Source: an uncultured Methanobacteriaceae archaeon
Lineage (GTDB): Archaea > Methanobacteriota > Methanobacteria > Methanobacteriales > Methanobacteriaceae
Direction of reading: 5' to 3'
Length of the DNA: 64,000 nt
Assembly: GCA_963785285.1 (NCBI GenBank)
Contig: CAWAUS010000002.1
Coordinates: 307,847 to 371,846 of the forward strand
Position numbers and translations under genes: made by a program. Below the pieces are notes generated by a model that was not told the DNA's origin, did not search any database, and worked only from the letters and a program-made list of their open reading frames with translations. Position 1 is the first letter of the stretch, and every line of letters starts with the position of its first letter. Positions 1 to 10,239 of the stretch are shown in pieces.

Positions 1-1056
1 GATAGAATCAGCGAAGTATCTTATCTCTCATTCCTTCCCATGAATCATGTAGTGGAGGGAATTATGGGAACTTATTCTCCTTATTATGCTCCTGCATCTT
101 TAAAGTTGTATTTTTTAGAAGATTTTGGGGATCTCGGAGAAGTTCTCCCAAAAATAAGACCTAAAATCTTCTTTTCTGTCCCTCGTTTCTATGAAAAAGT
201 ATGGTGCAACGTTTTGGAGTCCAGAATAGGCAGAATTTATGTTAATTCCAGCGGAATTTTAAAGAAAATTTTGGGAAAATTGATTAAAAGAGAAATTCTA
301 AAAAAGACAGGTCTGGATAGATGCGCTCAACTGATTGTTGGTTCTGCACCAATAAGCGATGATTTGCTCCAATCTTACCATGAAATGGGCATTGAAATTC
401 ACAATGCATATGGATTAACGGAAGCACCGCTTATTACAATAAACAGAACTGGAAAAAATAGGATAGGAACAGTAGGCGAACCTCTTCCATCTACAGATAT
501 TAGTATAGATGCAGATGGTGAAATACTTGTAAAAGGGCCACAAGTAACGTCAGGTTATTTTAAAAGTGATTCCAGTTATCTTTTTAAAGATGGATGGCTT
601 TGTACTGGTGATTTTGGCCATATGACACCAGAAGGAAGTCTTGTAATTACTGGCCGTAAAAAGGAAGTTATCGTAAACTCCTATGGAAAAACAATAAGTC
701 CTCTGAAAATTGAAGGAATGCTTAAAAATATTCCAGGAATTGAAGAGGCAATGGTAATTGGTGATGGAAAACCATACTGCAGCGCTTTTTTATGGGCTGA
801 TGAAACAGAAGTAAATACCAAAAATATTGATAATGCTATTAAAGAAATAAATAAAAAACTTTCCAGACCAGAAGAAGTCAAAGCATGGGTACTTTTGGAA
901 AATGATCTTTCTATAGGTTCAGATTTAACTGCAAATCTTAAACTTAAACGAAAAGCGATTACCAAACGTTATAGTGGCATAATTAAATTCATTTATGATT
1001 CTGGATCAAGACCAGATAATATATTACATTCTGGCAGTATTGAGGTGCAATCATGA
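1..1056 (+). CDS. AMP-dependent synthetase/ligase (acyl-CoA or fatty-acyl-AMP ligase), 5'-partial
   Basis: The frame is open from base 1. Translation carries 'SYLSFLPMNH' and 'YGLTEAPLITIN...TGDFGHMTPEGSLVITGRKKEVIV' adenylate-forming enzyme motifs. Its stop overlaps the next start (ATGA). Confidence 0.8.
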   Translation, partial: DRISEVSYLSFLPMNHVVEGIMGTYSPYYAPASLKLYFLEDFGDLGEVLPKIRPKIFFSVPRFYEKVWCNVLESRIGRIYVNSSGILKKILGKLIKREILKKTGLDRCAQLIVGSAPISDDLLQSYHEMGIEIHNAYGLTEAPLITINRTGKNRIGTVGEPLPSTDISIDADGEILVKGPQVTSGYFKSDSSYLFKDGWLCTGDFGHMTPEGSLVITGRKKEVIVNSYGKTISPLKIEGMLKNIPGIEEAMVIGDGKPYCSAFLWADETEVNTKNIDNAIKEINKKLSRPEEVKAWVLLENDLSIGSDLTANLKLKRKAITKRYSGIIKFIYDSGSRPDNILHSGSIEVQS

Positions 1057-1658
1057 GTATCCGGTTAAAAATTGCATCATTCTGGCTTCCAGACTTTATT
1101 TTAAAGAAAGAACTGAATAATGTGGCTATAAAGACAATAAAAGGGCTTGATAATGTTTTAAAACAATATGCACCTGAGAAAATGGGAGAGATTACTAAAA
1201 AAGATGAAGTTTTAAGGGGTAACCTTGAAGAAAGAAGATTTAAAATGGCTAAATCCCATAATAACCGTATTAAAGTATTAATTGAGGATTTAGGATATGA
1301 AAACGCTGTTAAAATAGCAAGAAAATCTATGTCAGAGGTTGGATTTCAATTAGGGCAAGAAGCACGAAGGAAACTTGGAATAGAAAACAGCTTTAAGGAT
1401 CTTGAATCTGCAGCTAAAATATTATACAAAATACTTGGAATAGAGTTTAAAATAGAAAATAAAGGGGGTAATGTAATTATGGTTGTAAATAGATGTGCTT
1501 TATCTAAATATTATTCTCCTGAAGCTTGTATGGTTTTAAGCGCTGCAGATGAAGGCGTAGTTCGAGGCCTAAATGAAAATATGAATATGCAATTTAAAGA
1601 AAGGATTACTGAAGGAGCATCAGAGTGTATCGCATGTATAACTGAGGTAAAAATATGA
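1053..1658 (+). CDS. hypothetical protein, translationally coupled between the ligase and the GMC oxidoreductase (possible V4R-like small-molecule-binding fold)
   Basis: 201-aa ORF with overlaps at both ends. The C-terminal Cys pattern '[17 protein letters not shown]...ECIACITEV' resembles V4R/ATC-hydrolase-type domains. No secure family assignment. Confidence 0.45.
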   Translation: MSIRLKIASFWLPDFILKKELNNVAIKTIKGLDNVLKQYAPEKMGEITKKDEVLRGNLEERRFKMAKSHNNRIKVLIEDLGYENAVKIARKSMSEVGFQLGQEARRKLGIENSFKDLESAAKILYKILGIEFKIENKGGNVIMVVNRCALSKYYSPEACMVLSAADEGVVRGLNENMNMQFKERITEGASECIACITEVKI

Positions 1659-2939
1659 GAGCAATAGTTGTAGGAACTGGTGCTGGAGGAGCAACAGCTG
1701 CGCGTGAATTAGCATCTAATGGGTTTGAAGTAATAATATTGGAGGCAGGAAAGCCTTTTAAACCATTCAGACGGCTTTTACCGTTAACGGAGCCTTTACG
1801 AAGAATTGGTCTTTTAAGGGATGAAAAAACTATTACCCGAATGTTTCCACCCATGGATGCAAAACGTTCAGCAAAGGATCTTGTGCTGGTTAGAGGTATA
1901 ACTACAGGAGGTTCTACTGTGCTTTCATGTGGTAATATGGTGCGTGCTGAGCATGGATTAAAGGAAATAGGGCTTGATCTTACATCTGAATTTGAAGAAA
2001 TTGAAGGAAATATTGGTATAACTGAATTTCCAAGGGAAAGATGGCAGCCAGTAACTAAAGATATGTTTGAAGCTGCAGAAAAACTTGGACTGGAACCAAA
2101 GGTTACTCCAAAAGCAGTTGACAGTGTTAAATGTGTATCATGTGGATTATGCGAGCTTGGATGTACTACTGGTGCAAGATGGGATTCTAGGGCCTTTTTA
2201 GATGATGCAATTAATGCAGGTGCCGTACTACACACATCTTCACCAGTTGAAAAGGTTATAATAGAAAAAGGCCAATCAAAAGGAGTTATTGTTAAATCAA
2301 GAATCCATTAAAGCAGATGTTGTAGTTTTAGCTGCAGGAGGAATAGGTACAGCCCAAATATTAAAAGCATCAGGATTACCTGCTAAAGATAATTTATGGG
2401 CAGATATTGTTCTTACGTTAGGCGGTGTCCTCAAAGGAGCAAATCAACTTAAAGAACCTCCCATGGTATGGTATACAAAACATGAAGATTATATTCTCTC
2501 CCCTTATCTTGATATTTTGTCCCATCTGTTCCATAAACCATGGAGAAATGTTTCTATTGATGATAGGGTGGGGATAATGGTAAAACTTGCAGATATAGAA
2601 GAAGGAGCAGTTTTTGCTGATGGAAAAGTACAAAAAGCCATAAAAAAAGAGGATCATCTACGTCTTGATGAAGCAATTGAAGTAGCTAAAAATATTATGG
2701 AAACTGCAGGTGTTTCAGGCCCTTATATTAATGGTGTACACAATGCGGGTCATTTAGGAGGGACAGTTCCACTCACTAGGTCAGATGTATCATCCATGAA
2801 ACCTTCATGGCTGCCAGATGGATTATGGGTTGCTGATCTCTCGTTAGCACCTCGTTCACAGGGTTTACCTACAATTTTACTTACTGCAGCACTTGCATTA
2901 AGAGTTACTCGTAAGATAATAAAAAATGAAATAGTTTAA
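1655..2939 (+). pseudogene. GMC-family FAD-dependent oxidoreductase, split by a frameshift near 2289-2311
   Basis: N-terminal '[20 protein letters not shown]' Rossmann FAD motif in frame 2. C-terminal GMC signature '[17 protein letters not shown]...[12 protein letters not shown]' in frame 0. The two ORFs (1655..2311 and 2289..2939) overlap by 23 nt. Confidence 0.75.
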
Positions 2940-3000
2940 TAAGTATTAATGCATATTTTAGATTAAACATGTATTTTATAAATCTGAAGAGGTTTTTAAT

Positions 3001-3153
3001 ATGTCTGTTAATCCAAATGAAGCTAATCTTGAAGCAATAACTATGACATTGGCATATTTAGAGAAAAAGGAAAATTGTAATGAAGAATTAGTAGAAGAAC
3101 TTAAAAAAGAAAGGGACAGACTTTTAAGAGAATTAAATGTGCATAGTCCTTGA
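3001..3153 (+). CDS. small hypothetical protein (50 aa, charged, likely coiled-coil)
   Basis: ATG preceded by GAGGT about 8 nt upstream. Translation '[50 protein letters not shown]'. Competes with an antisense 70-aa ORF at 2976..3188. Confidence 0.3.
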   Translation: MSVNPNEANLEAITMTLAYLEKKENCNEELVEELKKERDRLLRELNVHSP

Positions 3154-3275
3154 CATGAAAAATAATTGGAATTCAATGTACTTTTCATAAAATATTTCTC
3201 ATATTGTTTTTAATTAGTTATTAAGCGTTTATTAAATTAAACAGATTTTTGTATCATAAAAAATATAATAAATTT

Positions 3276-3713
3276 ATGAAAGAGATTTATACAGAAATCA
3301 ATATAAATGCTTCACCCAGCATTGTATGGAAAATACTTACTGATTTTGAGGATTTTCCAAAATGGAATCCGTTTATTAAAAAAATATCAGGAAACCAGCA
3401 AGAAGGATCAAGAATTGAAGCTTTTATTAAGTCTCCAAACTCCAGGGGCCTGAAAATTAAACCGGTAATATTGGCTTATCACCCAGAAAAAGAATTAAGA
3501 TGGTTGGGGAAAGTATGGATTCCAAAGCTGGTTGATGGTGAGCATAGTCTGATTATTGATAAAATAGATGAAAATAATGTGTTATTTATTCAAAAAGAAA
3601 GATTTACAGGATTGCTTGTTCCATTGTTATCAGGTATGTTAAAAGATACTGAAGCCGGATTTGAACTGATGAATCAAGCTTTAAAAAGAGAATCCGAGAA
3701 AAAAGCCAGCTAA
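3276..3713 (+). CDS. SRPBCC-family protein (polyketide cyclase / AHSA1-like ligand-binding fold)
   Basis: 'MKEIYTEININASPSIVWKILTDFEDFPKWNPFIKKISG' is typical of SRPBCC/START-like proteins. ATG at 3276 chosen over the upstream TTG used by the ORF track. Confidence 0.65.
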   Translation: MKEIYTEININASPSIVWKILTDFEDFPKWNPFIKKISGNQQEGSRIEAFIKSPNSRGLKIKPVILAYHPEKELRWLGKVWIPKLVDGEHSLIIDKIDENNVLFIQKERFTGLLVPLLSGMLKDTEAGFELMNQALKRESEKKAS

Positions 3714-3729
3714 ATTAAAATTTTTAGAG

Positions 3730-4047
3730 CTATTCGCAGAAATCTGACATTTCTTTCATATCATAAAATATTTTGCAGAAAAAGTTACAGGCTGATTTCA
3801 GTTCTTTTTCACCTTCTTTGGTTAAGGAATAGTATTTATTCTTATCAACATCAATCATACCTTTATTTTTCAATTCCTTAAGTGCCGGATAAATTGTTCC
3901 AGGACTTGGTTTTGTACCTCTCCTTTTTTCCAATTCCCTACCTATTTCGGCCCCATTCATGTTATTTTTGCCTAAAATCCACAGTATCAGATATGTCAAA
4001 TATCCTTTCATTTCACAGCATTCCATGTGGGTATATTGGATATCCAA
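3730..4047 (-). CDS. PadR-family transcriptional regulator
   Basis: 'YLILWILGKNNMNGAEIGRELEKRRGTKPSPGTIYPALKELKNKGMI' winged-HTH PadR signature. Confidence 0.85.
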   Translation of the reverse strand: MDIQYTHMECCEMKGYLTYLILWILGKNNMNGAEIGRELEKRRGTKPSPGTIYPALKELKNKGMIDVDKNKYYSLTKEGEKELKSACNFFCKIFYDMKEMSDFCE

Positions 4048-4066
4048 TTAAATAATCTTTACTATC

Positions 4067-4137
4067 TATCGCACAACCAATATTGGAAAACCGATAATTA
4101 TAAATATCATTATCGCATAACCAATACTATGGAAAAA
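4067..4137. promoter_or_regulatory. two direct copies of a ~25-nt motif in the padR / flavin-reductase divergent intergenic region (candidate operator)
   Basis: Copy 1 is 'TATCGCACAACCAATATTGGAAAA' (4067-4090) and copy 2 is 'TATCGCATAACCAATACTATGGAAAAA' (4111-4137). Copy 1 contains the perfect 10-bp palindrome CCAATATTGG. Confidence 0.4.
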
Positions 4138-4308
4138 ACAGAGGAGGTGAAAAAATGCAAGCAAAATTTGAATTACAACATTTCTGCTGTGGTCCTGAAG
4201 GCGCTCAGATAGAAATCGCATATGGCGAATTTATGGACGCAGAGTAATTCTGAAACGATATATTTTATTTTTTAAATTTTTTATTTAATTTTTATTAGAG
4301 GTGAAAAT

Positions 4309-4824
4309 ATGAAAAAATCCATTGGTGCAAAAACAATTGTATATCCCAACCCCGTTTTTATAATTGGGACTTATGATAAATATGGAAAGCCAAACGCTAT
4401 GAACGCAGCATGGGGAGGAATATCATGTTCAGCTCCACCGTGTGTATCAATTTCTTTAAGAGAAGCAACTTATACTCATGGAAATATCACAGATAAGGAA
4501 GCATTTACAGTTAATATCCCATCTGAAGATTACGTTAAAGAGGCTGATTATTTTGGAATCACATCTGGAAGAAATGAAGATAAATTCAAAAAAACGGGAT
4601 TAACTCCTGTTAAAAGCAAACTTGTGGATGCTCCATATATTAAAGAATTCCCTCTTGTTTTGGAATGTAAATTAGCGCATAGAACTGAATTAGGGCTTCA
4701 TACTCATTTCACTGGTGAAATAATTGATGTAAAAGTTGATGAGAATTTCTTGGATAATGGAAATCCAGATATAGAGCTTATTAAGCCATTTTTATACAAT
4801 CCTTCCTTTCAGAGCATATTATAG
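4309..4824 (+). CDS. flavin reductase-like FMN-binding protein
   Basis: '[25 protein letters not shown]' flavin reductase domain motif. Strong RBS GAGGTG upstream. Confidence 0.8.
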   Translation: MKKSIGAKTIVYPNPVFIIGTYDKYGKPNAMNAAWGGISCSAPPCVSISLREATYTHGNITDKEAFTVNIPSEDYVKEADYFGITSGRNEDKFKKTGLTPVKSKLVDAPYIKEFPLVLECKLAHRTELGLHTHFTGEIIDVKVDENFLDNGNPDIELIKPFLYNPSFQSIL

Positions 4825-4948
4825 CATTGGGAAGAGCCTTGGAAAGGCATTTTCGATGGGAAGAGAAGTGATGAAATGAGTGAAATTAGAACTCTTGAAA
4901 GGAATAAAAATGTGATAAATTACTCAAATAACATTTGGAGAATTAATA

Positions 4949-5863
4949 ATGAGTATAATATCTAGATTCACAGATTATCGAATGAATAAAATGAAAAAAT
5001 TAGCGATGAGCTTAAACAATGAGAAAAATGCAATTAAAGCAAATTACTCATCTCCAGAAATGGTCACTGTAGATAAAAAAACGCCATTAAGGGCTCTTCC
5101 AACACTTTTATCAATAGGAAAGAATATAGAATACAGCTTTAAATCACTGAAAAATAATCCCAGTATTCCTAAAAAAATAGCATCTCCTGATTTTATTAAT
5201 CAATTTGAAAAATATGCTCAATCCATGGGCATAAAAAGCATAGGGTATACAAAAGTTGTTCCAGAATTAATATTTAAAGATAGAGCTATTCTATATGAAA
5301 ATGCAATAGTATTTACCAAAGAAATAAATAAAAATGCTGTAGATAGTGAACTTCCAGGTAAAGCAGTAACAGATCTTAAACTCTATGATGAACTTGGTAA
5401 GAAAACAATTGAACTTGCTGAATTTTTAAGAGAAAGTGGTTTTGGCGCACATGCCAGCCATCCTGCAATAGGAATTGTCACATATCCAGCACTTGCTCAA
5501 CATGCAGGTTTAGGCTGGAGAGGAAAAAGTAACCTTCTTATAACCCCTGAATTAGGTCCAAGACAAAAAATTTCAGCTATATTTACCAGTATAGAAAATT
5601 TACCATTTAATGAACAAAATGAACACTCATGGATAGGTGATTATTGCCAAACTTGTGGTAAATGCATTAAAAAATGTCCGGAAGGAGCAATTTTAGAAAA
5701 AGAATTTCCTGATGGATTTATAGGGACTGAAGTTGTAGTGGAACATTGTAAAGGATGCAATGACGCGTGTACTATATGTATGAAAGAATGTCCATTTAAT
5801 AAGAAAGAATACACACATCTTAAAAATAGATTTGAAAAAATGAATGCTAGTAATGGAGCGTGA
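4949..5863 (+). CDS. QueG/reductive-dehalogenase-like 4Fe-4S protein (epoxyqueuosine reductase family fold)
   Basis: 'ALAQHAGLGWRGKSNLLITPELGPRQ' matches the QueG/RdhA core. This is followed by two ferredoxin motifs, 'CQTCGKCIKKCP' and 'CKGCNDACTICMKECP'. Confidence 0.6.
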   Translation: MSIISRFTDYRMNKMKKLAMSLNNEKNAIKANYSSPEMVTVDKKTPLRALPTLLSIGKNIEYSFKSLKNNPSIPKKIASPDFINQFEKYAQSMGIKSIGYTKVVPELIFKDRAILYENAIVFTKEINKNAVDSELPGKAVTDLKLYDELGKKTIELAEFLRESGFGAHASHPAIGIVTYPALAQHAGLGWRGKSNLLITPELGPRQKISAIFTSIENLPFNEQNEHSWIGDYCQTCGKCIKKCPEGAILEKEFPDGFIGTEVVVEHCKGCNDACTICMKECPFNKKEYTHLKNRFEKMNASNGA

Positions 5864-5866
5864 AAA

Positions 5867-6517
5867 ATGAAGGTAATTGCTTTTAATGGGAGCCCAAGAA
5901 AGAAATGGAACACTGCAATGCTACTTAAAAAAGCTCTTGACGGAGCTAAGTCACAGGAGGCTGAAACTGAACTAATTAATCTCTATGATATGGATTATAA
6001 AGGATGTAAAAGTTGTTTTTCATGTAAAACAAAAGGAAGTAAAAGTTATGGGATGTGTGCGGTAAATGATGACCTAACACCTATCCTGAAAGAGGTTAAA
6101 GAAGCCGATGCTGTTATTTTAGGATCTCCAATTTATTTTGGAACCGTTTCAGGCGAAATGAAATCTTTTATGGAACGGTTAATGTTTCCATATTTAACAT
6201 ATACCATGCCTCCTCAGTCACTTTTTCCAAAAAAGATCAACACAGGGTTTATTTATACCATGAACATTACTGAAGAGCAGTTTAAAGAACATGGCTATCA
6301 TACAAACATGTTACTAACCGAATGGGTTCTTGAATTGTTATTCGGTTCTTCGGAATCTCTTTTTAGCTTTGATACTTATCAGTTTAAAGATTACTCAAAG
6401 GTAGTTGCAGACCGTTTTGATGCGGAGGAAAAAGCAAAACGAAGAAAAGAAGTGTTTCCTAATGACTGTAAAAAAGCGTTTGATATGGGTATGAGATTTG
6501 CTAAAAATGAATGCTAA
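5867..6517 (+). CDS. flavodoxin-like NADPH-dependent FMN reductase / iron-sulfur flavoprotein
   Basis: 'MKVIAFNGSPRKKWNTAMLL...CKSCFSCKTKG...AVILGSPIYFGTVSG' flavodoxin-fold FMN reductase with a Cys cluster. Sits 4 nt after the previous gene. Confidence 0.7.
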   Translation: MKVIAFNGSPRKKWNTAMLLKKALDGAKSQEAETELINLYDMDYKGCKSCFSCKTKGSKSYGMCAVNDDLTPILKEVKEADAVILGSPIYFGTVSGEMKSFMERLMFPYLTYTMPPQSLFPKKINTGFIYTMNITEEQFKEHGYHTNMLLTEWVLELLFGSSESLFSFDTYQFKDYSKVVADRFDAEEKAKRRKEVFPNDCKKAFDMGMRFAKNEC

Positions 6518-6561
6518 ATTAATGAACTTGGAAAGAGAAAAAGCGGATATAACTTAAAAAA

Positions 6562-6828
6562 TTAGGATTCAGCTTTTATTTTATCTAATTTAGCCTTTGC
6601 TTTTCTGAATGTACGTAAAAATGAATCTTCATCTTCTGTAGGTATTATTTCAAGCCCTAATTTTCGATGTTCATCGATCCATTCGGTGGAAAATATGGGA
6701 ATATCGATTTTTATAGGTTCTTGTGTGGGATTTACAACTACAATATTTCTGTAAGGGAAATCAACTTCAACGATGTATCCACCGACACTTATAATGTGCT
6801 GAGGTCTTACTACGAATTTCATATTCAT
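6562..6828 (-). CDS. hypothetical small protein downstream of ehbO (possible ehbP-position gene)
   Basis: 88-aa ORF, co-directional with and immediately 3' of the ehb operon. No recognisable motif. Confidence 0.4.
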   Translation of the reverse strand: MNMKFVVRPQHIISVGGYIVEVDFPYRNIVVVNPTQEPIKIDIPIFSTEWIDEHRKLGLEIIPTEDEDSFLRTFRKAKAKLDKIKAES

Positions 6829-6912
6829 CTAGTCCTATTAATGTAAATTTTGGTTTTTTTATCTATTTTGGTAATTAAGAAATTATTTTAGGAGTTTAAG
6901 ATCTATTTGAGG

Positions 6913-7911
6913 TTACAATAAAGATGCAACAATAGCTAACACTCCTAAGATTGATGTAGCAGCTACAACTGGGTAAAATTGCCTGAATGTAAATATTGGA
7001 GAGAATGCACTCATAACAGCCATTAAAATTGGGAATATTATGGCCACTGCAATTGTTATCAGTATTCCTGGGCTGAATATGTTTGGCGGTATTCCAAGGA
7101 ACATAGTTGCAAATAGACTTGCAAGCACAAATATCAGGAATCCTCTTGTAATGTAAGTATATGCTCTGTATTTTGACATGTATTCAAGCAGAGGGCCTTC
7201 CATAACGTCTGCTTTGGTTTTCATTATTGCAAATGGATATTCATTCAGTAATATCATGAAACCGATGAAATAAACAATTGCACCTATAGCTCCAGCTACT
7301 GTAAATAATACTGGGCCGTTTAACTGCTGGAATCCAACTATATCTGCAAGGTAGATACTTTTAGTCATTGCAACAGGTACAAATAGTGCGATATATAGTG
7401 GGAATGATCCAAATGCTATAAGTCTGAATGCTCTTAATGCACTGATTTCTTCAATGAATGATCGTGTTGCATCAACATGTTTAGCACCTTTTACAAGGTC
7501 TGGGAATGGCATACCAACTGACATGATTGATTTTGAAAGTGATCCCATAAACATGTACATGATTTCTTCAACTTTAAGTAATCCTACAACCGCTATAATA
7601 CTTGCTAAAGCGCCTAAGAAGTACAGTTGAGGCATTATGAATAATAATATAAACACTACTACAATTAAACTGATTAATGGGAGTGCATTGTATAATTTGG
7701 GCATAGGAGAGTTTGGAGTTAAAGCCTGTTTAAAGAAGAATTTAATTGGAGCCATAAATCCTGGACTTGAAATTGGAGGGCCTACTCTCTGCTGAATTCT
7801 TGCTTGAACGAATTTTCTTTCAATACCTGGAAGCCAGACACTAACTGCAAATGCTACAATTAATGTTCCAATCACTGCTACTAGCGAAATTATAATCATT
7901 GATGTATCCAT
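6913..7911 (-). CDS. ehbO: energy-converting hydrogenase B subunit O (NuoH/ND1-like integral membrane subunit)
   Basis: 332-aa polytopic membrane protein following the hydrogenase large subunit. NuoH-like hydropathy. Fifteenth gene of the operon. Confidence 0.75.
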   Translation of the reverse strand: MDTSMIIISLVAVIGTLIVAFAVSVWLPGIERKFVQARIQQRVGPPISSPGFMAPIKFFFKQALTPNSPMPKLYNALPLISLIVVVFILLFIMPQLYFLGALASIIAVVGLLKVEEIMYMFMGSLSKSIMSVGMPFPDLVKGAKHVDATRSFIEEISALRAFRLIAFGSFPLYIALFVPVAMTKSIYLADIVGFQQLNGPVLFTVAGAIGAIVYFIGFMILLNEYPFAIMKTKADVMEGPLLEYMSKYRAYTYITRGFLIFVLASLFATMFLGIPPNIFSPGILITIAVAIIFPILMAVMSAFSPIFTFRQFYPVVAATSILGVLAIVASLL

Positions 7912-7989
7912 TCCACCATTTCTCCTATTCTCTATTTTAAATAAATTAAATATAATCAGATTTTACTGATCATTAAATTATACTGTGCT

Positions 7990-8045
7990 CGAAAATTCAT
8001 AGAATTTTCGGCACCCCAAACACTTTGTGTTTGTGGGTTTGATTT
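7990..8045. other. two adjacent perfect hairpins in the ehbN-ehbO spacer: CGAAAATTC-ATA-GAATTTTCG and CCCAAACAC-TTT-GTGTTTGtGGG, followed by a T8 run on the plus strand
   Basis: Inverted repeats read directly. The second hairpin is a near copy of the motif at 40892-40915. Confidence 0.6.
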
Positions 8046-9185
8046 TTTTTAAGTGGTTTATCTACTATTTGTATTGCACGGTCAGTGCATGTAAAGCATG
8101 GATCGCATTGAACTATTGCTAATTGTGCATCGGTTATATGAGTTCCAATACATGCATGTTCCATTGTGTCCTATATTTGTTATGGAAGGTGTCCTAACTA
8201 TTGAATCTCTTACTCTTCCATCTTCTAATCTATAAGAGTGATAAAGTTTACCTCTTGGCACTTCGATGTAACTTCTTATAATGTCTGTATCTTGCATTTC
8301 CCAGCTTCTGTTAGTTATTTTTCCTTCTGGAAGATCTTTAATTGCTTGTCTGATTATTTTAATTGACTCTGGAATTTCAAGAACACGCACGAGAAGATTT
8401 GATTTAACATCTCCATCATCTTGAGTAATCACATCAAATTCAAATGGATCATATTCTTTCATATCTGTTCTTAAATCAACTTCAACACCTGTTGAACGGA
8501 GTGTTGGGCCAGTTGCAGCTAATCTTAATGCATCTTCTTTACTAATTGCTGCAATTCCAGTTATACGGGACATTACCATTGGATCTCTTATGAATCTATC
8601 TGCAAATTCCCCGATTTTCTCTTCGATATAATCCATACCCTCGCTGATTTTCTGTATTCTCATTTCATTTAGATCAGCACGTGGTCTTATACCTCCGATG
8701 ACAGGAACACCATATTGGACTCTATTACCTCCAATCATACGTAGAAGTTCCATTACAGTTTCTCTTATGTAAAATAGCCGCATTGCAAATGTTTCATGAC
8801 CTAAAACTTCGCTTCCGTGGGCTAAATAAAGAATGTGGCTGTGTAATCTTTCCAGTTCTTCCATGATGATTCTTATATATTCTGCTCTTGGAGGAACATC
8901 AATTTCAAGCCCTTTTTCAGCAGTTAAACATGAATTCCAGATGTGGCTGTTGGAACAGATTCCACAAATCTTTTCTGTGAGGCTGTTTGCCTTTTCAACA
9001 GGTAATCCTTCCATTATTCTTTCTATTCCTCTGTGATTGACACCTATTGTTACTTCAGCGTCTCTTACAATTTCATCTTCAACAAATAATCTTACTCTGT
9101 ATGGTTCGAGTGCAGCAGAGTGAACTGTTCCCAGTGGAACTTCTGTTTCGATTACTTGTTTTGTGATTTTGTTATTGTTATCCAT
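7997..9185 (-). CDS. ehbN: energy-converting hydrogenase B large subunit ([NiFe] hydrogenase / NuoD-like), C-terminus frameshifted near 8150-8200
   Basis: N-terminal metal-binding motif '[22 protein letters not shown]'. The expected C-terminal nickel ligands '[12 protein letters not shown]' are present but in another frame (through ~7997). The annotated frame ends in nonsense '[26 protein letters not shown]'. Confidence 0.8.
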
Positions 9186-9250
9186 AATAACACCCCTTGC
9201 CAGAAATTAAATCTGGCTTTCTAATTCATGATTTAGTAATTGTAATTTTT

Positions 9251-9697
9251 TTATTTTGCATTTAATAGTAATGGTAAAGCTGCTACAACTCCTGATAAAA
9301 CGTCTTCAGGTCTTACAGCACATCCTGGAATTTTTGCTGCTACAGGTATTATCTCATCAACAGGTCCTGCGATTTCTTCAGATGGAATATCTCCATGAAT
9401 ATTTTTGTATACTCCGCCCATGGTTGCACATGCTCCTGCTGCAACAACAGCTTTAGGTTCTGGGATTGCTTCATAAATAGCTTTTAAAGGTTCCACTATA
9501 TGTTTGGTAACAGGTCCTGTTACAACCAGCACATCAGCTTCCCGAGGATTCCATGTTAAAAAGACTTTATACTGTTCTGCGTCATATTTTGGTGAAAATA
9601 TACAGTTTACTATTTCTATATCGCAGCCATTACATCCTCCAGTGTATACAAGCATCACATGCACGGCTCTTGCTCTTGAATATGATTTTAAACTCAA
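9251..9697 (-). CDS. ehbM: energy-converting hydrogenase B small subunit (NuoB-like, proximal [4Fe-4S])
   Basis: '[11 protein letters not shown]...VVTGPVT...GACATMGG' NuoB / hydrogenase small-subunit motifs. Confidence 0.85.
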   Translation of the reverse strand: MSLKSYSRARAVHVMLVYTGGCNGCDIEIVNCIFSPKYDAEQYKVFLTWNPREADVLVVTGPVTKHIVEPLKAIYEAIPEPKAVVAAGACATMGGVYKNIHGDIPSEEIAGPVDEIIPVAAKIPGCAVRPEDVLSGVVAALPLLLNAK

Positions 9698-9738
9698 ATC
9701 AATCCCTCTTTCTAGGTTAGTTTAATTATATTGAATAA

Positions 9739-10239
9739 TTATTTTGAATTTTCCTGATTTTCTCTTTTCTTTAATATTGCGCTATCTGAGAGAAATTTAG
9801 AGATATAAGCTATCTTATCATCAGATATTTTAACTGGTTTTTCAAGCATTTCTCTTACATCTGGATTTACATCTCCAACATCATTTGGATGTATAGTACC
9901 TGCCTCTCCAAATAAAGCATAAAGTGGGCAAAAATCATGACAATAATAACAGTTTACACATTTTAAACTGTCTATAACTGGTATTTCCTCTTTTATTAGG
10001 CCTTCCATTAATTCAACAGGCTCTTCAAGTTTTACCATCTCGATTGCATCTGTTGGACATACATTTTTACATCCAGAGCAGCCGATACATGATATTTCAG
10101 CAACTTTCTCTGTAGGTACTATTCTGCCTTCAAGTATTTTACTTCGAAGTTCCATGTCTGTTACGCGGTCTGATGCAAAAATAATCCTCTTTACGTTGCT
10201 GTAGGTTCCCTCCAGTATGATTCTGACTAAATTTTTCAT
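9739..10239 (-). CDS. ehbL: 2x[4Fe-4S] ferredoxin subunit of Ehb
   Basis: Two motifs, '[12 protein letters not shown]' and '[12 protein letters not shown]'. Its stop overlaps ehbK. Confidence 0.8.
   Translation of the reverse strand: MKNLVRIILEGTYSNVKRIIFASDRVTDMELRSKILEGRIVPTEKVAEISCIGCSGCKNVCPTDAIEMVKLEEPVELMEGLIKEEIPVIDSLKCVNCYYCHDFCPLYALFGEAGTIHPNDVGDVNPDVREMLEKPVKISDDKIAYISKFLSDSAILKKRENQENSK

Noticed and set aside
2976-3188. 70-aa minus-strand ORF
   Set aside because: Ser/Leu-rich low-complexity translation without RBS. The opposite-strand 50-aa ORF with GAGGT RBS is preferred, though weakly.
4027-4212. 61-aa plus ORF in the padR divergent promoter
   Set aside because: Overlaps the padR start and the candidate operator repeats. 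No RBS. Asn/Tyr-rich AT-driven ORF.
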